Below, one piece after another: positions 56,061-64,000 of a stretch of DNA of 64,000 nucleotides. Numbering within the stretch: position 1 is the first letter of the stretch; every line of letters starts with the position of its first letter. Location: contig JBIISM010000013.1 of NCBI GenBank assembly GCA_044341025.1, positions 643 through 64,642 of the forward strand. The letters are read 5' to 3'. A program made the position numbers and the translations under genes. Source of the stretch: Bacteroidia bacterium (GTDB taxonomy: Bacteria > Bacteroidota > Bacteroidia > NS11-12g > UBA955). Under the pieces are notes generated by a model. It searched no databases. It was given only the letters and a program-made list of their open reading frames with translations, and was not told the DNA's origin.

Positions 56061-57481
56061 TGAGTTCGGACCCCTTTGAACTTGAGCATGTCGATCAGTC
56101 TTACAGAGATTCAATTGGGACTATAGGCGCCAATGGGAAACGCAACTGGGTTTTCCCTTGGCAACCCAAAGGTAAGTTATACAACTACAGAACGGCTCTA
56201 TCAATCGTTTATTTGCTGGTTCTGTTTGGTTTGCCCTTCTTGAAATACAATGGGCATCCAATGTTTCTTTTTAATGTGTTAGAAAGAAAGTTTATTCTGT
56301 TTGGAGCTATCTTTTGGCCGCAAGACTTGGTGATCTTTGGCGTCGCCATGATCAATTTTGTTCTCTTCGTTGTTCTATTTACTGTCGCATTTGGCAGGGT
56401 GTTTTGCGGTTGGGTTTGCCCACAAACTGTTTTTCTTGAAATGGTTTTTCGCAAAATTGAGTATTGGATTGATGGTTCTGCCGCCAATCAAATTAAACTT
56501 AAAAACAGTCGATGGACCAAAGAGAAGTTTTTTAAAAGAACCCTAAAACATTCTATTTTCTTTTTATTTGCTTTTCTAATATCCAATACTTTTTTGGCCT
56601 ATATGATTGGTGTTGATGGTTTATATGCGATTATAAATGAGCCTATTGCTGAACACGCAGTTGGCCTGTTGCTTATTTTGATTTTTAGCGGTGTTTATTA
56701 CTTTGTATTTGCTTGGTTTAGAGAGCAAGTGTGTCTTATTGCATGCCCTTATGGCAGATTGCAAGGGGTTATGTTGGACAAAAACTCTATAGTTGTTGCA
56801 TATGATTATAAAAGGGGTGAGCCTAGGTGCCATATTCATAAAGGGGATGACCCAAATTCAAAAGGCGATTGTATTGATTGTGGCATGTGCGTGAAGGTTT
56901 GTCCAACTGCCATAGATATTCGAAATGGCACCCAATTGGAATGCGTTAATTGCACCGCTTGTATTGATGCTTGCGATGAGGTAATGGAAAAAGTGCATAA
57001 ACCTAAGCGCTTAATTAAATTTACCAGCGAGAGTTCCATCTCAACAGGGGTTTCACACCTGTTTAATTGGAGAACCCGAGCATACTCTGTGGTGCTGATT
57101 TTGCTGCTTGGTATCCTTATCTTATTAATTGCAAGCCGTAAAAATATAGACACCACGATATTAAGATCCCCAGGGCTGTTGTTCCAACAACCAGATAGTA
57201 TGCATTATTCAAATTTGTTTTTAATTAAAACCATCAACAAAACGTATGACGACGCAAATCTAAAAATTGTAGTGGCAGAGCCAACTGAAGCCGTGGTAAA
57301 AAGTATTGGTCGCGACATCAAAATTAAAGCGGAATCTAAGTACGATGGCCAATTTTTCTTAGTCATACCAAACAATCAAATGACAGGGCATCAAACGAAA
57401 GTGGTTTTGGATATATACAGAGATGGCGAAAAAATAGAACGGGTTAAAACGAATTTTCTAGGACCAATTTATAATCAATGA
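56060..57481 (+). CDS. ccoG: cbb3 oxidase accessory ferredoxin CcoG
   Basis: CGWVCPQT, CPYGRLQ and two 4Fe-4S motifs (CIDCGMCVKVCP, CVNCTACIDAC). Confidence 0.96.
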   Translation: MSSDPFELEHVDQSYRDSIGTIGANGKRNWVFPWQPKGKLYNYRTALSIVYLLVLFGLPFLKYNGHPMFLFNVLERKFILFGAIFWPQDLVIFGVAMINFVLFVVLFTVAFGRVFCGWVCPQTVFLEMVFRKIEYWIDGSAANQIKLKNSRWTKEKFFKRTLKHSIFFLFAFLISNTFLAYMIGVDGLYAIINEPIAEHAVGLLLILIFSGVYYFVFAWFREQVCLIACPYGRLQGVMLDKNSIVVAYDYKRGEPRCHIHKGDDPNSKGDCIDCGMCVKVCPTAIDIRNGTQLECVNCTACIDACDEVMEKVHKPKRLIKFTSESSISTGVSHLFNWRTRAYSVVLILLLGILILLIASRKNIDTTILRSPGLLFQQPDSMHYSNLFLIKTINKTYDDANLKIVVAEPTEAVVKSIGRDIKIKAESKYDGQFFLVIPNNQMTGHQTKVVLDIYRDGEKIERVKTNFLGPIYNQ

Positions 57482-57897
57482 ATTTCAAATACTTTATAAT
57501 TGCAATATACCTCATGTTCGTTGGGCTTATTGTTACAATGGTTTTTAAAAGTTGTGGTCAAAATATTGATCTTGAATCAAAAGACTATTATGCAGAGGAA
57601 CTCGAATACCAAACAAAAATTGATGCATTAACCCTAGGGAATCTATATGCCGATTCTTTTCTTGTTTATGAGGAAGCTGGCATGGTTAAACTAAAACAAC
57701 CTGTTTCATTGGTTTGTGATTCGATCAAATTGGTTTTTAAGAAACCAGATAACGCAAAAGCCGACAGAAGTTTTGTTTTTAAAGGACCTATTATTGAACC
57801 AATTTTGAAATCCCAATTTATTTCGGGGGTTTATGGGTTAAATATATATCTGTATTCTAAAGGGCTTTATCAAATAGAGAAAAAAATTAAACTATAA
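57478..57897 (+). CDS. ccoH: FixH/CcoH family protein
   Basis: N-terminal TM helix, DYYAEELEYQ..ID motif, position after ccoG. Confidence 0.85.
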   Translation: MNFKYFIIAIYLMFVGLIVTMVFKSCGQNIDLESKDYYAEELEYQTKIDALTLGNLYADSFLVYEEAGMVKLKQPVSLVCDSIKLVFKKPDNAKADRSFVFKGPIIEPILKSQFISGVYGLNIYLYSKGLYQIEKKIKL

Positions 57898-57898
57898 A

Positions 57899-58594
57899 GT
57901 GCTGATAAATGGGCTAATATTTGGATTGATTTCAACCCTGCATTGCGCTGGGATGTGTGGTCCTTTGGCCTTTTATATTCCTTCTCAGGTGAAGGGTGAT
58001 AAACGGGTTTTTGCCGTTTTGTATCAAATTGGTCGAATATCAACTTATATTCTTATTGGACTGATGGTTTACCTATTAGGAATGTCCTTTTCTTTTTTTA
58101 AATTACAACAGGTACTTTCAATTGTAATGGGAAGTTTGATGGTGGTGTATGTTTTATGGCCTTTGCTAAAACTTCCTCAGATAAAATTGTTCACCAATCT
58201 TCAAGGCAATATTTTGAAAAAAATATCGAATGCAATTGTGGCTAACAATAAAAAGTCTGCCTTGGGTTTAGGCATTATGAATGGTTTATTGCCATGCGGT
58301 GCCATATACATAGCAGCACTTTATTGTGCAAGTTTCAGCCATGTTTCAGACGCACTCATCTACATGTCATTATTCGGACTAGGCACTATGCCCGTATTTA
58401 TAGCCGCATGGATGTTGCTTTCTAAGCAATTTTCTTTTAAAGTAAAACGTTTTACCTACCTTTACAAGGCTTTACCATTCATCGTTGGTGTATTGATGAT
58501 ACTCAGAGGTGCAAATCTTGGAATTCCTTATTTAAGCCCCGGGGTAGACCAAACCAATCAAACTGTAGAAGTAAAAAACTGTTGTAAACATTAA
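57899..58594 (+). CDS. Sulfite exporter TauE / DsbD_2-like membrane protein
   Basis: STLHCAGMCGP, NGLLPCG and FGLGTMP motifs. Confidence 0.9.
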   Translation: MLINGLIFGLISTLHCAGMCGPLAFYIPSQVKGDKRVFAVLYQIGRISTYILIGLMVYLLGMSFSFFKLQQVLSIVMGSLMVVYVLWPLLKLPQIKLFTNLQGNILKKISNAIVANNKKSALGLGIMNGLLPCGAIYIAALYCASFSHVSDALIYMSLFGLGTMPVFIAAWMLLSKQFSFKVKRFTYLYKALPFIVGVLMILRGANLGIPYLSPGVDQTNQTVEVKNCCKH

Positions 58595-58598
58595 TTTA

Positions 58599-59834
58599 AT
58601 GGAGAATTTTAACCATAACGAAATACTAGAGGGCATGTTCACAGATGCCACTGAAGGCATCATTGTAAGCGATTCTAAAGGGAACATTGTTTTGTCCAAT
58701 CCTAAGGCTTTACAAATGTTCGGATACGATAAGGAAACCATGTGTACTTTGATTATAGAAGATTTAGTTCCTTCTCGTTTTCTGCACATGCATAAAGAAC
58801 ACCGAGCCAATTACCACCACAATCCTTCTCCGCGATCTATGGGGGTGGGTCGCGATTTATGGGCGAAGAGTCGAGATGGTAATGAGTTTCCAATTGAAAT
58901 TAGTTTGAGTTATGTGAAATCTTTTGATGGTATGTTGGTGGTTTCTTTTATTATTGATATTACTGAGCGGAAGAAAAAAGACAATGAACTTCGTGAGGCC
59001 AACGAACTGCTTAAAAAAACCACTTTTCAATTGTCTAAATTAAACCAAGATTTAGAGCAAAAAGTTCAGGAGCGCACACTCGAATTGGCCGAAATGATCC
59101 GCAAATTAACAGAGTCGAAAAAAGAAGTGGATATGGCCTTAGAAAAAGAAAGGGAATTGAATAATCTTAAATCACGTTTTATTAGCACCGCTTCACACGA
59201 ATTTAGAACCCCATTGGCAACCATAATGTCTTCTGTTTCTTTGACAGGGAAATATGCCGAAAGCATGGATAAAAATAGCATGTTTAAACACATCGACCGT
59301 GTGAAGAGTTCTGTAAACCATTTAACTGATATTTTAAATGATTTCTTGTCTTTGGATAAACTCGAAGAAGGGGCTGTAATGGCCAATCCAGAATACCTTG
59401 TCTTAAATGACCTTCTTGTCGCCATAACGGATGAAATCAAGCCGATTGCAAAGGCTGGTCAACGCATTAATTTTACAGGGCTCTTGGACAATGAGCAAAT
59501 TTTTATAGATAAAAGGATTCTCAAAAACATAATGTTTAATTTAATTAGCAATGCGATTAAATATTCAAATGAAAACACCAATATAGACATAAAATTAAGT
59601 AGAGATGCAAACACGCTAATGATTGAAATAAAAGACCAAGGCATTGGGATTCCACTTGAAGACCAAGCCCATATTTTTGAGCGTTTTTACCGTGCAAATA
59701 ACAGTGGTAATATGCAAGGCACTGGTTTGGGTTTGAACATTGTAAAAAAGTATGTGGAGATATTAAAAGGCGATATTCAATTTAAAAGCATTCCAGAAAA
59801 GGGGACCAAATTCACACTTAAATTACCGATATAA
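58599..59834 (+). CDS. PAS sensor histidine kinase (FixL-like)
   Basis: PAS with a His at the FixL heme-ligand position and GRDL; SHEFRTPL; NAIKYS; GTGLGL. Confidence 0.92.
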   Translation: MENFNHNEILEGMFTDATEGIIVSDSKGNIVLSNPKALQMFGYDKETMCTLIIEDLVPSRFLHMHKEHRANYHHNPSPRSMGVGRDLWAKSRDGNEFPIEISLSYVKSFDGMLVVSFIIDITERKKKDNELREANELLKKTTFQLSKLNQDLEQKVQERTLELAEMIRKLTESKKEVDMALEKERELNNLKSRFISTASHEFRTPLATIMSSVSLTGKYAESMDKNSMFKHIDRVKSSVNHLTDILNDFLSLDKLEEGAVMANPEYLVLNDLLVAITDEIKPIAKAGQRINFTGLLDNEQIFIDKRILKNIMFNLISNAIKYSNENTNIDIKLSRDANTLMIEIKDQGIGIPLEDQAHIFERFYRANNSGNMQGTGLGLNIVKKYVEILKGDIQFKSIPEKGTKFTLKLPI

Positions 59835-59847
59835 AAATTATTAAAAA

Positions 59848-60909
59848 ATGGCACACATATTATTAATTGAGGACAATGACAACATGAGGGAAAACACCTC
59901 TGAAATTTTAACTTTAGCCGGCCACCAAGTTGAAACTGCCAACAATGGCAAAGAAGGGGTGATAAAAGTTCAGTTAAACAAACCTGAGTTAATTATTTGT
60001 GATATCATGATGCCAGAGTTAGATGGCTATGGTGTATTACATATGTTAAACAGAGACCCAAACACCAATCAAATTCCATTTATATTTTTAACGGCTAAGG
60101 CCGACCGTTCCGACGTTAGAAAAGGGATGGAATTAGGCGCCGACGACTATGTCACCAAACCGTTTGATGATGTCGAATTGCTTTCTGCTGTTGATACCCG
60201 CCTTAAAAAGTCAAGTTTGTTAACAGGACAAAACTTCGCTCACAACTCTGAAGGATTTGATCATTTTATTCGCCAAGTAAAATCGATTGAAGAATTTGCC
60301 CGTGTGGATGTCAATGCACGCAATAAACAATACAAGAAGAAAGATATTATTTATTCAGAAAGCAATACACCTCTTTATTTGTATTTGATTGAAAAAGGGA
60401 AGGTGAAAACGGTTAAAAACAACCGACAAGATAAGGAACTCATTACTGGGCTATACAATGAAGGCGATTTCTTTGGCTATATTGCATTAATGGAAGACGA
60501 TGTTTATGAAGATGAGGCTATAGCAATGGAGGAAACCCAACTTAAATTGATTCTAAAGGAAGATTTTTATAAACTGATTTATCAGAATAGGGAAGTGGCT
60601 AACACATTTATGAAATTATTAAGTAAAGAGGTTAAAGAGAAGGAAGAACGCCTTTTAAAAATTGCTTACGACAGTGTTAGGAAGAAAGTCTCCGAAAGTT
60701 TGATGATGCTAAAAGACCGCTATGGCAATAAAGTTGACGATGTGTTTAGTTTTCCAATTAGCCGTGAGGATTTAGCCCATATTGCAGGTACTGCTACTGA
60801 AACGCTCATTAGAACCCTAACAGACTTCAAAGAAGAAGGTTTAATCGAAATTAAAGGAAGCACCATTACCATTGTCGATGCAAACAAATTGCGTTCGATG
60901 AAAAACTAA
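59848..60909 (+). CDS. Response regulator fused to a Crp/Fnr cNMP-binding and HTH domain
   Basis: REC domain (IEDN, CDIMMP, KP) plus SREDLAHIAGTATETLIRTLTDF HTH. Confidence 0.92.
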   Translation: MAHILLIEDNDNMRENTSEILTLAGHQVETANNGKEGVIKVQLNKPELIICDIMMPELDGYGVLHMLNRDPNTNQIPFIFLTAKADRSDVRKGMELGADDYVTKPFDDVELLSAVDTRLKKSSLLTGQNFAHNSEGFDHFIRQVKSIEEFARVDVNARNKQYKKKDIIYSESNTPLYLYLIEKGKVKTVKNNRQDKELITGLYNEGDFFGYIALMEDDVYEDEAIAMEETQLKLILKEDFYKLIYQNREVANTFMKLLSKEVKEKEERLLKIAYDSVRKKVSESLMMLKDRYGNKVDDVFSFPISREDLAHIAGTATETLIRTLTDFKEEGLIEIKGSTITIVDANKLRSMKN

Positions 60910-60991
60910 AACTATTTGGTTTTTTTGCGTCTAAGACATTTTAGTAATTAGAGCTTTACATCTTTTAATAGGGAAGCGTTGGGCACAAAAA

Positions 60992-61021
60992 AATGGGAAC
61001 CATTATAAAACAGTTCCCATT
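60992..61021 (-). terminator. Intrinsic terminator between the convergent regulator genes
   Basis: AATGGGAAC...GTTCCCATT stem with a T-run on the minus strand. Confidence 0.7.
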
Positions 61022-61155
61022 CTCTTTACAATATAAATTTTATTTCCTGAGACAAAGATATGTGTACGCACTATACCATATATTACTTTTCGATAATGAA
61101 CGAGGAATTTTCGAAATAGGTCTAAAATCTGTAGATAAACGGTTTTTAGATCAAA

Positions 61156-61845
61156 TTATAATAGGTTAAGTCTTTTGTATACGGCCTCTCTATATGTTTT
61201 CCCAATGGGTATAAACTTATCGTAATATGAAATACAATTATCCTCAATGTTGTTAATGCGGTCAATCCTTATGATAAATGAACGGTGCACACGAATGAAT
61301 TCGTTCGAAGCAAATTTTTGCTCAATAGCATGCATGGTTGAGTGAACAATGAATTTTTCCTTTTCTGTATTTAAGGTAACATAGTCACCCAAGCCCTCTA
61401 TCCACAGTACATCCGACTTGTTGACTTTTACAATGATATTCCCTTTTTTAATAAAGATAATGTCATTTTCTATTTTGTCAATATTGTGTTTTTCAAACAT
61501 CGCTTGGGCTTTTGCCACTGCATTTAAAAATCTTGGCAATGCAATTGGTTTTACCAAATAGTCCAATACATTGTGCTCATATGCCTCAAGCGCAAATTCA
61601 GGGTGTGATGTGGTCAGAACAATTAAAGGATGGGGATGCTTCATTGCTTTGATGAATTCGATGCCATTTAATTCGGGCATTTCGATGTCTAAAAAAATTA
61701 AATCTACTTGATTGCTGGCAATATAGGAAAGTGCTTGAAGAGCGTTGTTAAAGGTTTTTAACAGTTTTATTTGTTCGGCCTTTAAAACGCATTGTTGAGT
61801 TGCCAATAAGGCTATTTCGTTGTCGTCTATTATGATTGATTTCAT
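61156..61845 (-). CDS. LytTR family response regulator
   Basis: REC domain (FLDIEMP) plus the FIRVHRSFII LytTR motif. Confidence 0.95.
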   Translation of the reverse strand: MKSIIIDDNEIALLATQQCVLKAEQIKLLKTFNNALQALSYIASNQVDLIFLDIEMPELNGIEFIKAMKHPHPLIVLTTSHPEFALEAYEHNVLDYLVKPIALPRFLNAVAKAQAMFEKHNIDKIENDIIFIKKGNIIVKVNKSDVLWIEGLGDYVTLNTEKEKFIVHSTMHAIEQKFASNEFIRVHRSFIIRIDRINNIEDNCISYYDKFIPIGKTYREAVYKRLNLL

Positions 61846-61864
61846 AAATATTTAGGTTTCTTTT

Positions 61865-64000
61865 TTAAGGTTGTAGTTTGCTTGCTTTATTTTCTAATTC
61901 TGGATAAAATGCTTCTAACAAGATCTGCATGGAAGCAACTTGCTGCAATAATTCGGTTTTGTTTTTTCCATTGTCTGAGTCAGTAGAAAGTTGGACCAAT
62001 AATTCACTGATTTTTTGAAGTCCAAAAATATCAAAAGATGATTTTATTTTATGGCATAAATCTTTAATCTTTTGGAGGTCATTAAATTCAATTGCTTGGG
62101 TAATATTTTGCATTTCAAGGGGTATTTGGTTTAAAAATAACCGGATCATTTCAAGTTCGAAGTTGGTATTCCCTGCCGACAATTCTTCTAAGTAATTCAT
62201 GTTGATTTGTAAACCAGGTTCTTCTTTGATGTCATTTTGAGATGCCTCAAAAGTATTGTCAATTAAAGTTTTAGAAAACTTTTTTATTATTTTGTGGTAA
62301 AGCGTATCAGGGTTAAACGGTTTTGAAATAAAATCATTCATGCCTACCGCAATACATTTTTCTTTTTCACCAACAATCGAATGGGCTGTCATTGCAATAA
62401 TTGGGGTGCTTAATTTCAATGTGTTTCTGATTATCTTGGTGGTTTGATAACCATCCAATTCGGGCATTTGGATGTCCATTAAAATTAAGTCATAACTTTT
62501 GAGTTTTAACATTTCCAAACCAATTTGTCCATTACTGGCCAATTCAACATCAAAATCAAAATTATTCAAAACATTTTTCGCGAGTTTTTGGTTGAGATAA
62601 TTGTCTTCAATGACCAATATTACTGGTTTTCTAATGTGCGAACTTCGCTGGCTGTAGTATGTTTCTTTTAGTGTCTCGTTCTTGGTCCCAATCTTAAGTT
62701 TTAAAACAAAGTGAAACTCAGAGCCAATGCCTTCTTTAGATTTTAATTCCAATTCACCGCCCATCAATTGAATTAAGTTCTTTGAAATACTCAATCCCAA
62801 TCCGGTTCCCTCATATTTGCGGTTTATCGCATTGTTAACCTGACTAAACCGTTCAAATATTTTGTCTTGCTTCTCGTCGTGTATGCCAATGCCGGTGTCT
62901 TTTACTTTAAATAAAATTTGCTGATAGGAACTGCCGCTATTGATTAAAATTGCAGAAAATTCAACTGAGCCGTTTTCGGTAAACTTAATGGCGTTGCCAA
63001 CCAAATTAATTAAAATTTGATTTAATCTCAAGGCATCACACATTAAATATTGTGGAATATTTGGGTCAAAGTCAAAAGAAAATTTTAGGTTTTTTTGATT
63101 GGCGCTGATTTTCAAAAGATCATATACATTCTTCATGATCAAATGCGCGTCTGCTGAGCTGGTCTCTATCTTTACAACGCCAGATTCTATTTTCGAAAAG
63201 TCTAAAATATCATTAATAATAGACAACAAGTTTTCACCCGCAACCTTCACCGAATCTGCGTAGTCTTTTTGCAAATGGTCTAAACCAGTTTGTGAAAGTA
63301 ACTCGGTGAAACCAATTATTGCATTCATTGGTGTTCTGATTTCGTGGCTCATATTGGCCAAAAATTGGTCTTTGGATATTACGGATTCTTCAGCTTGTTT
63401 CTTTGCTTTTAACAGCTCTTCTTCGGCCCGTTTTCTTTCAATAAATGCGCCAATTTGCAAGCCTGTATTTTCAAACATTTGTAGGATGTTAACGTCTGTC
63501 TTTTTTGATTTAGAACTTAAGAATTGCATTACCCCAATCACTTCATTGTTAAACAGAACAGGAAATAGCAATGACGATTTTATTTTATAAATCTCGGAAA
63601 TACTAGTCTCTAATTGACCATTTTCAAAGCTGATGTCAAAAATCCACATTGGTTGTTTCTTTTGCCAAACTTTGCCTGAAAGAGATTCCCCGATGCTTGT
63701 TTTTTGCTTAAGAATAAATTTTTTTAACTCATCGTTGTGCGGATAGGTAAATTGATAATAGGTATGTGGACTAAGCAAATTGCTCTCATCTTGTGCACGC
63801 CAAAATATCCCAATATCCCATTCCAATCGGTAGCATATCTGCTCTGCAATATGCTGTATGGAGGCATTAATGCTTTCGTTTTCACTCAAAATGGATATCA
63901 AGCGCGCTTCAAGCGCCATGCGTTCCTGAGCGGATTTCTTTTCAGTTATGTCTTGCTGAATAGCCATGTACTGATAGGTTTTCCCTTTTTTATCTAAAAA
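61865..64000 (-). CDS. Hybrid sensor kinase (PAS-GAF-HisKA-HATPase-REC-Hpt); 5' end beyond the window
   Basis: FLANMSHEIRTPMN, GTGLGL, MDIQMP and Hpt HKIKSS motifs; the frame stays open to the right edge through a PAC motif. Confidence 0.92.
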   Translation of the reverse strand, partial: FLDKKGKTYQYMAIQQDITEKKSAQERMALEARLISILSENESINASIQHIAEQICYRLEWDIGIFWRAQDESNLLSPHTYYQFTYPHNDELKKFILKQKTSIGESLSGKVWQKKQPMWIFDISFENGQLETSISEIYKIKSSLLFPVLFNNEVIGVMQFLSSKSKKTDVNILQMFENTGLQIGAFIERKRAEEELLKAKKQAEESVISKDQFLANMSHEIRTPMNAIIGFTELLSQTGLDHLQKDYADSVKVAGENLLSIINDILDFSKIESGVVKIETSSADAHLIMKNVYDLLKISANQKNLKFSFDFDPNIPQYLMCDALRLNQILINLVGNAIKFTENGSVEFSAILINSGSSYQQILFKVKDTGIGIHDEKQDKIFERFSQVNNAINRKYEGTGLGLSISKNLIQLMGGELELKSKEGIGSEFHFVLKLKIGTKNETLKETYYSQRSSHIRKPVILVIEDNYLNQKLAKNVLNNFDFDVELASNGQIGLEMLKLKSYDLILMDIQMPELDGYQTTKIIRNTLKLSTPIIAMTAHSIVGEKEKCIAVGMNDFISKPFNPDTLYHKIIKKFSKTLIDNTFEASQNDIKEEPGLQINMNYLEELSAGNTNFELEMIRLFLNQIPLEMQNITQAIEFNDLQKIKDLCHKIKSSFDIFGLQKISELLVQLSTDSDNGKNKTELLQQVASMQILLEAFYPELENKASKLQP

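Noticed and set aside
1-64000. CRISPR array, rRNA, IS transposase or reverse transcriptase
   Set aside because: No regularly spaced repeat-spacer array, rRNA-like sequence, DDE/HUH transposase or RT motif was seen by eye.

Overview
Chromosomal window from a Bacteroidota bacterium. The assignment rests on T9SS cargo proteins, TAnnTTTG promoters and Bacteroidota-type gene order. Housekeeping blocks flank one accessory region. Left block: ruvC, GT2, lptC, coaX, birA, rsfS. Right block: holA, trmN6, queA, chrA, dnaN, ppa, yebC, paaABC, a complete cbb3-oxidase (cco) locus with a FixL-like kinase and a REC-Crp regulator, and a LytTR/hybrid kinase pair. The accessory region is a 14.8-kb element integrated in tRNA-Val(TAC) and bounded by identical 52-bp repeats (9816-9867 and 24635-24686). 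Its core reads integrase - HTH excisionase - putative replication protein - P22-gp3-like small terminase, with no capsid, portal, large terminase or tail genes. That layout suggests a phage satellite (PICI-like), a class I do not know to be well characterised in Bacteroidota. The cargo looks defence-like: an HsdR_N protein plus a wHTH-REase pair, two paralogous membrane proteins, and a five-Zn-repeat nuclease. The middle of the island is a scrambled mosaic of fragments from a sister element and a second integrative element, including an orphan attP-like site. Just outside attR, a mazEF module carries integron-cassette-like ends. Protein family calls come from motif recognition only; no database searches were run.
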